This document shows, one piece after another, positions 46,312-55,753 of a stretch of 64,000 nt of DNA. How positions within the stretch are numbered: position 1 is the stretch's first letter; every line of letters starts with the position of its first letter. A model generated the notes under the pieces. That model saw only the letters and a program-made list of their open reading frames with translations, ran no database searches and was not told the origin of the DNA. A program made the translations under genes and the position numbers. This stretch comes from an uncultured Alphaproteobacteria bacterium (GTDB taxonomy: Bacteria; Pseudomonadota; Alphaproteobacteria; CAAHEQ01; UBA3637): positions 12,119 through 76,118 of the forward strand of contig CALCTR010000029.1 of assembly GCA_937906925.1 (NCBI GenBank), written 5' to 3'.

Positions 46312-47841
46312 CTATTTTTCAAGCAAAGATTGTCCCGTCATTTCTTTTGGTTGTTGCAAATTCATAATATCCAATAACGTTGGTGCAACATCAGATAAAC
46401 GCCCATCTTTTAATCCTTTAACACCATGAGCATTAACTAAAACAGCTTTAACCGGCGTATTGGTGTGAGCCGTATAAGGAGCACCGGTTACCTCATCTCT
46501 CATCCGTTCGGCATTTCCATGATCAGCCGTTACAAAAATAACTCCGTCTTTTTCCTTAACCGCTTCAACAACACGACCCAAACAAGAATCAACAGCTTCA
46601 ACCGCTTTGACAGCCGCATCCATTATGCCCGTATGACCAACCATATCACCATTAGCATAATTAACAATAATCACATCAAAAAGATCTTTATTAATCACAT
46701 CAACCAATTTATCCGTTACTTCATAAGCAGACATTTCCGGCTTTAAATCATAGGTTGCAACTTTGGGACTAGGTATTAAAATTCTCTCTTCATTTGGAAA
46801 AAGAGTTTCTTTTCCACCGTTAAAAAAGAATGTTACATGAGCATATTTTTCCGTTTCCGCAATACGTAATTGTTTTAGATTGTTTTGTGCTAAAACTTCA
46901 CCAAAAATATTCGTTAATTCTTCCGGTGGGAACAAAACTTTAAGCCATTTGTTATGTTCCAGAGAATACTCTGTCATTGCCACCGCTGCCGAAAATTTAA
47001 CAACATGACTTCTTGGTGCCAAATCAAAATCAGGTTGTAATAAAATACGAGTAATTTCTCTGGCACGATCAGATCTGTAGTTTGCCATAATCAAGCCATC
47101 ATTATCTTTCATACCTTGATAATCACCAATAACGCATGGGATAATAAATTCATCATAAACAGCCTTATCATATGATGCCTGTACAGCATCTTCTGCCGTT
47201 GCATATCGCTCTGCTTTAGCATCTACAAGAGCTTGATAAGCCAAATCAATTCGTTCCCAACGATTATCTCTATCCATAGCGTAATAACGACCGGATACAG
47301 TTGCTATTTTTACACATTGGAGAGTGCTGATTTCTGCAATTAAATCTTTAATAAAAGCAAGTCCTGAATCCGGAGCCGTATCACGACCATCCATAAAACA
47401 ATGCAACCAAACTTTTATACCTTTTTCATTTAAAATACGAGCTAATGCCAAAATATGTGTTTGTTGTGCATGTACACCACCCGTACCGATTAACCCCATC
47501 AAATGACAGGCACCACCTGATGCTTTTACCTTTTCTATTAAATCAAGCAAAACAGGATTGTTATCCAATTCTTTTGTTTGAATTGCTTGATCAATTCTGG
47601 GTAAATCTTGCAAAACAACACGTCCGGCACCTAAATTGGTATGTCCCACTTCAGAGTTACCCATTTGGCTATTTGGTAAACCAACATCTAAACCTGATGT
47701 CTTTAACATAGCTGTGGGATATTCCTTTACTAAATTATGCCAAACAGGTGTATTTCCCGTTTCTATCGCATTAAAAGAGGTTTCTTTTCTAAAACCCCAT
47801 CCGTCTAAAATACATAAAACAACCGGTTTTTGTCTTGTCAT
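46312..47841 (-). CDS. gpmI: 2,3-bisphosphoglycerate-independent phosphoglycerate mutase
   Basis: 509 aa. VLCILDGWG, MGNSEVGHTNLGAGR and TADHGNAE motifs. Confidence 0.96.
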   Translation of the reverse strand: MTRQKPVVLCILDGWGFRKETSFNAIETGNTPVWHNLVKEYPTAMLKTSGLDVGLPNSQMGNSEVGHTNLGAGRVVLQDLPRIDQAIQTKELDNNPVLLDLIEKVKASGGACHLMGLIGTGGVHAQQTHILALARILNEKGIKVWLHCFMDGRDTAPDSGLAFIKDLIAEISTLQCVKIATVSGRYYAMDRDNRWERIDLAYQALVDAKAERYATAEDAVQASYDKAVYDEFIIPCVIGDYQGMKDNDGLIMANYRSDRAREITRILLQPDFDLAPRSHVVKFSAAVAMTEYSLEHNKWLKVLFPPEELTNIFGEVLAQNNLKQLRIAETEKYAHVTFFFNGGKETLFPNEERILIPSPKVATYDLKPEMSAYEVTDKLVDVINKDLFDVIIVNYANGDMVGHTGIMDAAVKAVEAVDSCLGRVVEAVKEKDGVIFVTADHGNAERMRDEVTGAPYTAHTNTPVKAVLVNAHGVKGLKDGRLSDVAPTLLDIMNLQQPKEMTGQSLLEK

Positions 47842-47945
47842 TTATTTTCCTTTCTTTAAACAAAAAAAACAAAAGACTGTTAAAAAAGTCTTTCTATTAT
47901 TATGGTGCATTATAAAACAAAAACACTAAAAAGTGTAATATTTTT

Positions 47946-47974
47946 TTGCTTTTTTTACAAAAAAAGACTATAAT
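47946..47974 (+). promoter_or_regulatory. Sigma70 promoter of the U32 peptidase gene
   Basis: TTGCTT, 17-nt spacer, TATAAT, 39 nt upstream of the ATG. Confidence 0.55.
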
Positions 47975-48012
47975 CGCTTTAAAATTCATTTTAATATATA
48001 AGGAAAAGTTAA

Positions 48013-49305
48013 ATGCAACAAATCAAAAAACCTGAACTTTTGTTACCGGCCGGTTCCCTTAACCGCCTCAAAACTGCTTTTTTATATGGTGCTGATGCCG
48101 TTTATGCCGGTATGCCGGGGATCTGTCTGAGAAATAAAATTTCCTTTACTGCCCAAGAGATGAAAGAGGGAATTTCCTACGCTCACAGTATCGGTAAAAA
48201 AGTTTATTTAACCGTTAATCTTTTTACACATAATAAAGATATTGAAAAGGTGAAAAATTTTATCACTCTTTTAAAAGAACTTAATCCGGACGGGGTTATT
48301 GTAGCTGATCCCGGTGTTTTTCAACTTATAAAAGAAGAAATCCCCACCCTCCCCTTACATATTTCAACACAAGCAAATGTTTGCTCCTCTTTAACCGTTA
48401 ATTTTTGGAAAAATCAAGGAGCATCCCTTTGTGTTTTAGGCAGAGAAGTACCACTTACTGAAATTAAAGAAATCAGAGAACTTTGCCCGAATATCAAATT
48501 AGAAACCTTTGTCCATGGAGCATTATGTGTCAGTTATTCCGGCAGATGCTTACTTTCTAATTTTATGACCGGTAGAAGTGCTAACAAAGGAAACTGTGCT
48601 CACTCATGCCGGTGGCGTTATAAAATTTATGAAGGAAAGCCTCAAAAGTCCTCATCGGACTCCATCTATTATATAGAAGAAGAAACAAGACCGAATGATC
48701 TCATGCAAATTGATGAAGATGAAAATGGTACCTATATTATGAACTCGCGTGATTTATGTTGGTTGCCAAGGCTCAATGATTTACTTCCCATCGGTATTGA
48801 TTCTTTTAAAATTGAAGGCAGAAATAAATCCGAATATTATGCCGCTATCACAGCCAGAGCATACAGACACGCCATAGATGACTGGTTTAACGACCCGACT
48901 TCTTGGTCTGCTGATAAATACATGGACGAACTAATGACCTTACAATCTCGCGGTTATACAGTTGGTTTTTTAGATGGAAATGCCGGACCTGAAGCACATA
49001 ATTATGATGTCTCCGCAAGCTTAGGAGATTGGCGTTATGCAGGCCTTGTTAAGGGATCAACAGATAATCGCATTATTATGGAAATCAAACATAAAATCCA
49101 AAAAGGAATGGAATTAGAGTTTTTATCTCCGTATCAATTACAACCAATCAAAATCATTGTATCCGATTTATATGATCATAGAACAGGTGCAGAAACAGAA
49201 AATATCTCTTCCGGTCATTTAGGACAAGCGGTTGAAATACCATTACCAGCTGATATTATTAAGCTTTTACCACCTCTTTGTGTCGCAAGAACAAGAATCG
49301 GATAA
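48013..49305 (+). CDS. Peptidase U32 family protein (YegQ/RlhA/TrhP-type RNA hydroxylation factor family)
   Basis: ELLLPAGSLNRLKTAFLYGADAVY, and the Cys cluster CVSYSGRCLLSNFMTGRSANKGNCAHSCRW typical of the U32 family. Confidence 0.82.
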   Translation: MQQIKKPELLLPAGSLNRLKTAFLYGADAVYAGMPGICLRNKISFTAQEMKEGISYAHSIGKKVYLTVNLFTHNKDIEKVKNFITLLKELNPDGVIVADPGVFQLIKEEIPTLPLHISTQANVCSSLTVNFWKNQGASLCVLGREVPLTEIKEIRELCPNIKLETFVHGALCVSYSGRCLLSNFMTGRSANKGNCAHSCRWRYKIYEGKPQKSSSDSIYYIEEETRPNDLMQIDEDENGTYIMNSRDLCWLPRLNDLLPIGIDSFKIEGRNKSEYYAAITARAYRHAIDDWFNDPTSWSADKYMDELMTLQSRGYTVGFLDGNAGPEAHNYDVSASLGDWRYAGLVKGSTDNRIIMEIKHKIQKGMELEFLSPYQLQPIKIIVSDLYDHRTGAETENISSGHLGQAVEIPLPADIIKLLPPLCVARTRIG

Positions 49306-49332
49306 ACTTTTTTCCGAATCGCATATTGAAAG

Positions 49333-49364
49333 GGAGAAAATTTTTTATTTTTCTCCTTTTTTTT
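49333..49364 (+). terminator. Rho-independent terminator
   Basis: GGAGAAAA-ttttttat-TTTTCTCC followed by T8. Confidence 0.7.
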
Positions 49365-49384
49365 GTTAAAAAAAATAAACAGAT

Positions 49385-49419
49385 ATTAACAAAAAGTAAA
49401 TTATTTACTCTTTGTTAAT
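49385..49419. promoter_or_regulatory. 35-bp near-perfect palindrome (candidate operator or cruciform)
   Basis: attaacaaaaagtaaat-t-atttactctttgttaat, 17-nt arms with a single arm mismatch. Sits about 50 nt upstream of the -35 of the next gene. Confidence 0.4.
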
Positions 49420-49469
49420 AAAAAAACAAAAAAGTATCATATTTTTTAAACAAAAGTCTAAAAAAACGA

Positions 49470-49498
49470 TTGAAGTGATTTGTGTTTTATTTTATAGT
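49470..49498 (+). promoter_or_regulatory. Sigma70 promoter of the DUF2934-like gene
   Basis: TTGAAG, 17-nt spacer, TATAGT. AAGGAG RBS further downstream. Confidence 0.55.
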
Positions 49499-49535
49499 TA
49501 ACTTGAGTTTCACATTTAATAAGGAGTAATTAACC

Positions 49536-49943
49536 ATGAAAAAATACACAAACGACGAAATCCGCCTGGCGGCTTATTTCATCTGGGAACAAGCAGGCAA
49601 ACCTTGGGGTCAAGAAGAAGAATTTTGGAACAAAGCTGTTGAACAATTAAATGCTTATAACTTTTCCAATACAGCTAAAAAAACAAAATGTGCCACAAAA
49701 AAATCTTCTACAACAAGCACAAAGACAAAAGCTTCAACAGTTACCTCAAAAACAGTTGCTTCAAAAGCTAAATCAAATTTAAAAGCAACAGCTCAAACAC
49801 ACTCATCTCTTAAAGCAAAAGCAACTGCAAGTTCTTCTTATAACTTTAAACCGAATGCAACTTCTTTAAAATCTAAAGTTTCATTAAACTCAGGTAAAAA
49901 CATTAACATCAATGTTAAAAATCATAAAAACAATTTGATCTAA
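49536..49943 (+). CDS. DUF2934-like N-terminal domain protein with basic K/S/T-rich low-complexity tail
   Basis: IRLAAYFIWEQAGKPWGQEEEFWNKAVEQL resembles the DUF2934 core (IRxxAYxxWExxGxPxGxxxxxWxxAExxL). The remaining ~90 aa are K/S/T/A-rich. Confidence 0.6.
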   Translation: MKKYTNDEIRLAAYFIWEQAGKPWGQEEEFWNKAVEQLNAYNFSNTAKKTKCATKKSSTTSTKTKASTVTSKTVASKAKSNLKATAQTHSSLKAKATASSSYNFKPNATSLKSKVSLNSGKNININVKNHKNNLI

Positions 49944-49961
49944 TCATTGACTGTTATCTAA

Positions 49962-49990
49962 AAAAAGTGCTTTTATAAGCACTTTTTTTG
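49962..49990. terminator. Bidirectional terminator
   Basis: AAAGTGCTT-ttat-AAGCACTTT flanked by A-run and T-run, between convergent genes. Confidence 0.8.
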
Positions 49991-49994
49991 TACC

Positions 49995-50582
49995 CTAATT
50001 TACTTCTAAAATATACCCATCAGCTATATTTTTAATTAAAAATTCTGCCGCATCTTCACCTATTTTTTGACGCAGTGAATAAATATGCGATTCAACTGTA
50101 TGCGTCTCTATATCGGGTCTATATTTCCATACATAGGTTAATAAATCTATTTTTGATGCTCCGTCAGGCAAAGATTTCACAAGATAACTGATTAAATCTG
50201 TTTCTTTTTCCGTTAGATAATAATCTTTTTTTGTTTTTTTATCAAATAACCGTCTTTTGCTGCCTTCAAACAAAAATCTTTTATTTTCAAAAACAGGGGC
50301 CGTTTGTTTTTTAATTAAAATATCTTTTAAATAAGATTTAACCTCATATAAAAAACAAGGGGCTTTAAGCTCTATATCTGCCTCATCATGCGTAGCTCCA
50401 ATTAAAAAAACCGGACAAGGAATGCCTTTATCTAAAATCTTATCTGCCCCTTCTTGATCCAGAGCAATAATCAACACTTCACCAAAATTATCATCATTAT
50501 TGTACACACGAGCATCAAACTCTTTCAATGCATCACAAAGCGTATTAACGTAAAGCTTGTTTTTAGAAAATACGGTTATCAT
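49995..50582 (-). CDS. OmpR/PhoB-type winged-helix regulator with truncated, degenerate receiver domain
   Basis: The C-terminal LTEKETDLISYLVKS...LLTYVWKY...THTVESHIYSLRQKIG...GYIL matches trans_reg_C. The N-terminal ~85 aa keeps a candidate Asp (IIALD) and LKAP, but lacks the acidic DD pair. Confidence 0.7.
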   Translation of the reverse strand: MITVFSKNKLYVNTLCDALKEFDARVYNNDDNFGEVLIIALDQEGADKILDKGIPCPVFLIGATHDEADIELKAPCFLYEVKSYLKDILIKKQTAPVFENKRFLFEGSKRRLFDKKTKKDYYLTEKETDLISYLVKSLPDGASKIDLLTYVWKYRPDIETHTVESHIYSLRQKIGEDAAEFLIKNIADGYILEVN

Positions 50583-50677
50583 TTCTCTTGCCTTTTTAAG
50601 TTATTTATTCTAGTATGCCTTTAACAAATATTTATTTTAAAGGACGTTATCAACAGTTTAACAGAAAGTTTATAAAA

Positions 50678-51943
50678 ATGGCAATATTATTTTTTTATCA
50701 ATGTGCTTTAGTTTTATTTTATCCGATCATTTTGCTTTTGTTACTGTATCGTCTTTTAAAAGGTAAGGAAGATTTTAAAAGAATCAATGAAAGACTTGGT
50801 TTCCCAAAAAAAGAAAGACCTCAAGGTAAGCTTGTTTGGCTACATGGTGCCAGCGTTGGTGAATGTTTATCCATGCTACCTCTTGTAAAAAAACTATTGC
50901 AAGAAGATAGCTCTTTGCACGTTATGGTTACCTCGGGAACCGTTACATCCGCCAAATTGATGGAACAACGCTTGCCTGAAAGAGCTTTTCACCAATTTAT
51001 ACCGGTGGATACCCCCTTGGCTGCCCGTCGCTTTGTCCATCATTGGAATCCCAATATCGTTCTTTGGTTTGAATCTGATTTTTGGCCCAGTATGCTAACG
51101 GCTATTTATAAAAGCAAAACTCCATTGGTACTTTTAAATGGCCGTATTTCTGATAAATCATTTAATCGGTGGCAAAAATTTCCACGTATTATTAAAAGTA
51201 TTCAATCATTATTCACCTTATCTTTTGGTCAAACAAAAGAAGATGCCCGTAGATTAAGTGTTTTAGGAGCTAAAGACGTTGTTTCCACCGGAAATTTGAA
51301 ATTTGCAGCCGTTAATCCACCTTTTGACAAAGTGGAATTAGAAAATATGCATCAACTTATCGGATCCAGACCGGTTTGGTGTATGGCCAGCACACATGAC
51401 GATGAAGAAACAAAAGGTGCTGATATTCACTTAGAATTGATGAAAAAATTCCCCAATTTATTAACAGTTTTTGTCCCTCGCCACCCTAATAGAGCAGAAA
51501 ACATCTGCCAGATGCTCACCAAAAGGGGGCTTCGGCTTGCAAGACGGTCCCTTAAACAGGAAATAACATCATCAACACAAGTTTATTTAGCCGACACCAT
51601 TGGAGAAATGGGATTATTATATCAACTGGCACCTATTGTTTTTGTTGGCGGATCTTTAATTAAATTCGGCGGTCAAAATATGTTGGAACCGATGCGTCTT
51701 TCACGCACAGTTATTATCGGTCCACATGCTTTTAATTTTAGAGAAATTGTAAAAACCGCCAAAGAACAAAAGGCTCTGATTGAAGTCCAATCCGTCAATG
51801 AACTCAAAGAAACACTTGAAAAGTTTTTTACAAATCCCAGTGATTATTACTCCATGCAAAAAACAGCTCACAATCTGGCAACTTCAGAAATGAGCGTTTT
51901 AGATCGTGTTTGGGATATTTTGCATACCCGATTTCAACTCTAA
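50678..51943 (+). CDS. waaA: 3-deoxy-D-manno-octulosonic acid (Kdo) transferase
   Basis: LLYRLLKGKEDFKRINERLG, WLHGASVGE and FVGGSL motifs. The start is ambiguous (ATG at 50615 or 50678). I prefer 50678 from the typical N-terminal length. Confidence 0.9.
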   Translation: MAILFFYQCALVLFYPIILLLLLYRLLKGKEDFKRINERLGFPKKERPQGKLVWLHGASVGECLSMLPLVKKLLQEDSSLHVMVTSGTVTSAKLMEQRLPERAFHQFIPVDTPLAARRFVHHWNPNIVLWFESDFWPSMLTAIYKSKTPLVLLNGRISDKSFNRWQKFPRIIKSIQSLFTLSFGQTKEDARRLSVLGAKDVVSTGNLKFAAVNPPFDKVELENMHQLIGSRPVWCMASTHDDEETKGADIHLELMKKFPNLLTVFVPRHPNRAENICQMLTKRGLRLARRSLKQEITSSTQVYLADTIGEMGLLYQLAPIVFVGGSLIKFGGQNMLEPMRLSRTVIIGPHAFNFREIVKTAKEQKALIEVQSVNELKETLEKFFTNPSDYYSMQKTAHNLATSEMSVLDRVWDILHTRFQL

Positions 51944-52036
51944 AAAAACAAAAAAAATCAAAAAAAAGCTGGATATCTTCTTTTTTTGTGCTATAGTATC
52001 ATCAGCAAAAATCAAAGTAGAATTAAAGGAGGCCAT

Positions 52037-53011
52037 ATGGAACCACCAAAATTCTGGGATGTTCCAAATTCTTTTTTATCAAAGGCACTTAAACCCTTAG
52101 GTGCTTTATATGCTTTTGGGACAGCCTTTAAAATCAGAAAAGCAAAACCTTATCAAGCAGATGTTCCTGTTATTTGTGTCGGTAATTTGTCTGTAGGCGG
52201 AACAGGTAAAACACCTGTTTGTCTTGCGATTGCAAAAGAACTATATAAACTTAAAAAAGACTTTTTCTTTCTCAATCATGGTTATACAGCACGGAAGCAA
52301 AATGTTTTAGTTGATTTAGAACATCATTCTGCTTATGATGTTGGAGATGAAGCTATTTTGCTGGCCTGTTATGCCCCAACAGTTGTTGACAGGCAAAGAG
52401 CTAGAGGAGCTCAATTAGCAATTAGAAAAGGGGCACAATGCATTTTAATGGATGACGGACATCAACATCCCTCTTTAATTAAAACATTTTCTTTTATCGT
52501 TGTTGACGGCAAAAAAGGATTTGCCAATGAGTGTGTTTTGCCGGCAGGTCCCCTTAGAGAACCGGTACTAAAGGGATTAGAACGGGCTGACGCCATCATT
52601 TTAGCCGGAGAAGATGAATGGGGAGTTCGTTTTTTCTTGCAACGAAATAAAATTGATTTACCGCTTTTTACCGGCCATTTTGAAGCAAAACAAAAATCTT
52701 TAGGCCCATTAAAAGGGAAGAATGTTCTTGCTTTTGCAGGCATTGGCAGACCCGAAAAATTCTTTGATATGCTCAAAAAAAATGACATAAATCCCATTAA
52801 AACCGAAAAGTATTCTGACCATTATTTTTATACCCAATTTGACATTGAACGCCTCCAAAAAAAAGCAAACGGATTACCGCTCGTTACAACCACAAAGGAT
52901 GCTGTTAAAATCCCTAAAAATTTGCTTAAAAACATTCACATTATTGATGGTCATTTTATCTTTGACAAACCGGAAGAAGTACGGGAAATCCTAAAAAGTA
53001 TTACCAATTAA
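52037..53011 (+). CDS. lpxK: Tetraacyldisaccharide 4'-kinase
   Basis: VICVGNLSVGGTGKTP P-loop and ILMDDGHQH. The start was moved to the ATG at 52037, behind an AAGGAGG RBS. Confidence 0.92.
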   Translation: MEPPKFWDVPNSFLSKALKPLGALYAFGTAFKIRKAKPYQADVPVICVGNLSVGGTGKTPVCLAIAKELYKLKKDFFFLNHGYTARKQNVLVDLEHHSAYDVGDEAILLACYAPTVVDRQRARGAQLAIRKGAQCILMDDGHQHPSLIKTFSFIVVDGKKGFANECVLPAGPLREPVLKGLERADAIILAGEDEWGVRFFLQRNKIDLPLFTGHFEAKQKSLGPLKGKNVLAFAGIGRPEKFFDMLKKNDINPIKTEKYSDHYFYTQFDIERLQKKANGLPLVTTTKDAVKIPKNLLKNIHIIDGHFIFDKPEEVREILKSITN

Positions 53012-53027
53012 AAAAAGGAGAATTATC

Positions 53028-53936
53028 ATGGCAAAAGCCATTAGAAGAGGTAATAGAAGTATTTTACAACGTTTTTTGTTTGATCCGATAACTGCCTTAT
53101 TTGTTTTATTGATATATACTTTTTTTAGAATATTACCTGTAAAAAAAGCCTCTAATTTAGGAGCTAAAATCGGTTTTATTTTATATAAATTTATGAAAAA
53201 GAGAAACAAAATTGCAAGACGTAATCTTGAAATTGCTTTTCCTCAAAAAAACGATGAAGAACGGGACCTCATTTTAAAAAATATGTGGGCACATTGGGGA
53301 CGTTTTTTTGCAGAAATGCCTCACGGGAATACGCTTTATAAAACAGCTAGAAAAAAGGGGTTAGAAAATTTAAAAACACTTTACAAACAAAAAAAAGGGT
53401 GCTTTGTCTGCTCCGCTCATTTAGGGAATTGGGAACCGGCTGTATCAGCCTCTTTATTTGACAATTATTATCTAAATCCCGTTTATAGAGTCGCCAATAA
53501 TAAATGGATTGATAAAATTATGTTTCAGCGTCGTAAAGGAACACTTATTCCCAAAGGAAGTGCCGGTGCCAGATTAATGTTGCAGGTTTTAAAACAAGGT
53601 GGCGGTGTTGTTATTTTGTGCGATCAAAAATTAAGAGAAGGCATTGATGTTCCGTTTTTCGGAAAGCTTGTTAAAACAGCACCGGCAACCGCTACCATTG
53701 CCCTTAAAATGAACTTACCGATTTTGATGGCTCGTTGCATTAGAGGAAAGGATGGCCTATTTGATATTGAAGTATCTGAACCCATTTTAATGCCTGATAC
53801 AGAAAAAATGTCGGAAGCTGATGCTATTTATGATATTACACTTAAAATCAACCAAACAATTGAAAAATGGATAAAAGAAAATCCGGAACAATGGCTATGG
53901 GTGCATCACAGATTTGACAAATCAGAATATCAATAA
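53028..53936 (+). CDS. lpxL: Lipid A biosynthesis late (lauroyl/myristoyl-type) acyltransferase, LpxL/HtrB family
   Basis: N-terminal TM helix, RRNLEIAFP, the H-box region CSAHLGNWE, and the C-terminal PEQWLWVHHRF. Confidence 0.82.
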   Translation: MAKAIRRGNRSILQRFLFDPITALFVLLIYTFFRILPVKKASNLGAKIGFILYKFMKKRNKIARRNLEIAFPQKNDEERDLILKNMWAHWGRFFAEMPHGNTLYKTARKKGLENLKTLYKQKKGCFVCSAHLGNWEPAVSASLFDNYYLNPVYRVANNKWIDKIMFQRRKGTLIPKGSAGARLMLQVLKQGGGVVILCDQKLREGIDVPFFGKLVKTAPATATIALKMNLPILMARCIRGKDGLFDIEVSEPILMPDTEKMSEADAIYDITLKINQTIEKWIKENPEQWLWVHHRFDKSEYQ

Positions 53937-53964
53937 TTAAGCGTTTTGTTTTATCTGATTATAA

Positions 53965-53989
53965 AAAAACTCCCGTTCGGGAGTTTTTT
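53965..53989. terminator. Rho-independent terminator abutting the 3' end of tRNA-Leu
   Basis: ACTCCC-gttc-GGGAGT with A7 upstream and T6 downstream. The last T coincides with the first base of the complement of the tRNA CCA end. Confidence 0.8.
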
Positions 53990-54075
53990 GGTGCTCAAGA
54001 AAGGACTCGAACCTTCACACTCGTTAAAGTACTAGCACCTGAAGCCAGCGCGTCTACCAGTTTCGCCACTTGAGC
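53989..54075 (-). tRNA. tRNA-Leu (anticodon CAG), class II with long variable arm, CCA encoded
   Basis: Hand fold of 87 nt. Acceptor stem GCTCAAG/CTTGAGC. Anticodon stem CTGGC/GCTAG with loop TTCAGGT. 15-nt variable arm. T arm GAAGG-TTCGAGT-CCTTT, then A-CCA. Confidence 0.92.
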
Positions 54076-54085
54076 ATTTTAGGTC

Positions 54086-54114
54086 ATTATAAAAAATTAT
54101 GGGTAATAAGTCAA
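54086..54114 (-). promoter_or_regulatory. Sigma70 promoter of tRNA-Leu
   Basis: The minus strand reads TTGACT, 17-nt spacer, TATAAT, ending 10 nt before the tRNA 5' end. Confidence 0.78.
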
Positions 54115-54211
54115 GCATTATCAAATAAAAAAAATATTTTTTTAGTTTCATAAAAAAATACTTTGAAAAAGAAACAAAAATCATTTAAAGTGAATAAAAA
54201 GGAGAATAATT

Positions 54212-54931
54212 ATGACTGAAAAAAAATCAAAAACTTATCAAATCCCCGATTCAAGCACTGTTAATTTAAGTTGGAAAAGATATTTATTACCGGCTATCCA
54301 TCCAGAAGGGCTAAAAATATTTATCGCAGCATTTGTTGTTTGTGCTCTCTTAAGCCTCATTTTACCGGGCTTAAGCATTATTTGGTTACCACTTTTGGCT
54401 TTTGTCTTTTACTTTTTCAGAAATCCATCTCGTGTAACACCCGAAGGAGATAATTTAATTATATCACCCGCAGATGGTATCGTCAGCAATATCAAATATG
54501 TTGTTCCACCTAAAGAAATGGGTCTTGGCGAAGAACCTCTTTTACGTGTAAGTATTTTTATGAGTGTTTTTAATGTCCATGTCAACAGGGCTCCAACGAG
54601 TGGAATGGTAGATGCTTTAACATATAGACCCGGTAAATTTTTAAATGTTGCCGATAAAGACAGTGAGGATAATGAACGTCAAGAAATAACCATTAAAAGA
54701 GAAGATGGTATTAAAATCGGATTTATTCAGATTGCAGGTTTAGTTGCCCGTCGCATCTATTGCCCGCTAAAAGTTGGCGAAATGGTCAAAAAAGGTTCTG
54801 TATTCGGCATGATACGTTTTGGTAGCCGGTTAGATGTATTCCTGCCGACAGGCGTTTATCCTAAAGTTTTACCGGGACAAATTATGGTTGCAGGAGAAAC
54901 CATTTTAGCTAATTTAGATGATAAAGAATAA
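54212..54931 (+). CDS. psd: Phosphatidylserine decarboxylase proenzyme (short alphaproteobacterial form)
   Basis: 239 aa with N-terminal TM helices, FMSVFNVHVNRAP, and the self-cleavage region MIRFGSRLDVFLP. Confidence 0.9.
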   Translation: MTEKKSKTYQIPDSSTVNLSWKRYLLPAIHPEGLKIFIAAFVVCALLSLILPGLSIIWLPLLAFVFYFFRNPSRVTPEGDNLIISPADGIVSNIKYVVPPKEMGLGEEPLLRVSIFMSVFNVHVNRAPTSGMVDALTYRPGKFLNVADKDSEDNERQEITIKREDGIKIGFIQIAGLVARRIYCPLKVGEMVKKGSVFGMIRFGSRLDVFLPTGVYPKVLPGQIMVAGETILANLDDKE

Positions 54932-54945
54932 AAAAAGGGATAATA

Positions 54946-55749
54946 ATGACTGAAAAATTAGAAAAAGATTTAAACATTAGGCCTATTTTTCCAAATGCTG
55001 TAACAATGTTAGCTCTCGCATTTGGTGTCTCCTCAATCAATATGTCTTTTTGGGGCGAATGGTCTATGGCAATTCTATTTATCGCTTTAGCCGGTGTTTT
55101 TGACTTTTTAGACGGAAAGGTTGCACGTATGTTAAATGTTTCTTCCCGTTTTGGTGCCGAACTGGACTCTCTTTCTGATTTTGTCAGCTTTGGTGTCGCA
55201 CCGGCATTCTTAATGTATCTTTGGACGATGGACGGCAATACCAGAATCAACGTGTTACAAAATTTAGCCGTTAAAAAAGAGGCTATTGGTGTTTACTGGG
55301 GATTTGTTCTTTTTGTTTCTATGTGTTGTGCTTCTCGCTTGGCACGTTTTAATAGTTTGTTAGACATCAAACAACCCCCATATTGGAAACACTTTTTTAT
55401 GGGTGTACCAGCACCGGCCGGAGGTTTTTTAACTATTCTCCCACTTGTATTTTGGTTAGCTACAAATCAGGAGTATGAATGCTTTAGAAATCCCGTCTTT
55501 GCTGCTTGTTTTATTATTTTAAGCGGTGTTATGATGGCCAGCAAAATTCCGACTTTGTGTCTGAAACATTTACATGTAACAGCACAGACATCAACCGTTT
55601 TATTAATTGTAGCTGTATTTATTGCCGGTCTTTTTTCCATTCCATGGGTTATGCTAAGCATAATTGGCATCGGATACATTTTATCCATTCCGGTCTGCAT
55701 TTATTACTTCTTAAAATTCAAAAAAGAATATCTTAAAACAAAGGAGTAG
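54946..55749 (+). CDS. pssA: CDP-diacylglycerol--serine O-phosphatidyltransferase
   Basis: Perfect CDP-alcohol phosphatidyltransferase motif, DFLDGKVARMLNVSSRFGAELDSLSD. Confidence 0.92.
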   Translation: MTEKLEKDLNIRPIFPNAVTMLALAFGVSSINMSFWGEWSMAILFIALAGVFDFLDGKVARMLNVSSRFGAELDSLSDFVSFGVAPAFLMYLWTMDGNTRINVLQNLAVKKEAIGVYWGFVLFVSMCCASRLARFNSLLDIKQPPYWKHFFMGVPAPAGGFLTILPLVFWLATNQEYECFRNPVFAACFIILSGVMMASKIPTLCLKHLHVTAQTSTVLLIVAVFIAGLFSIPWVMLSIIGIGYILSIPVCIYYFLKFKKEYLKTKE

Positions 55750-55753
55750 AAAG

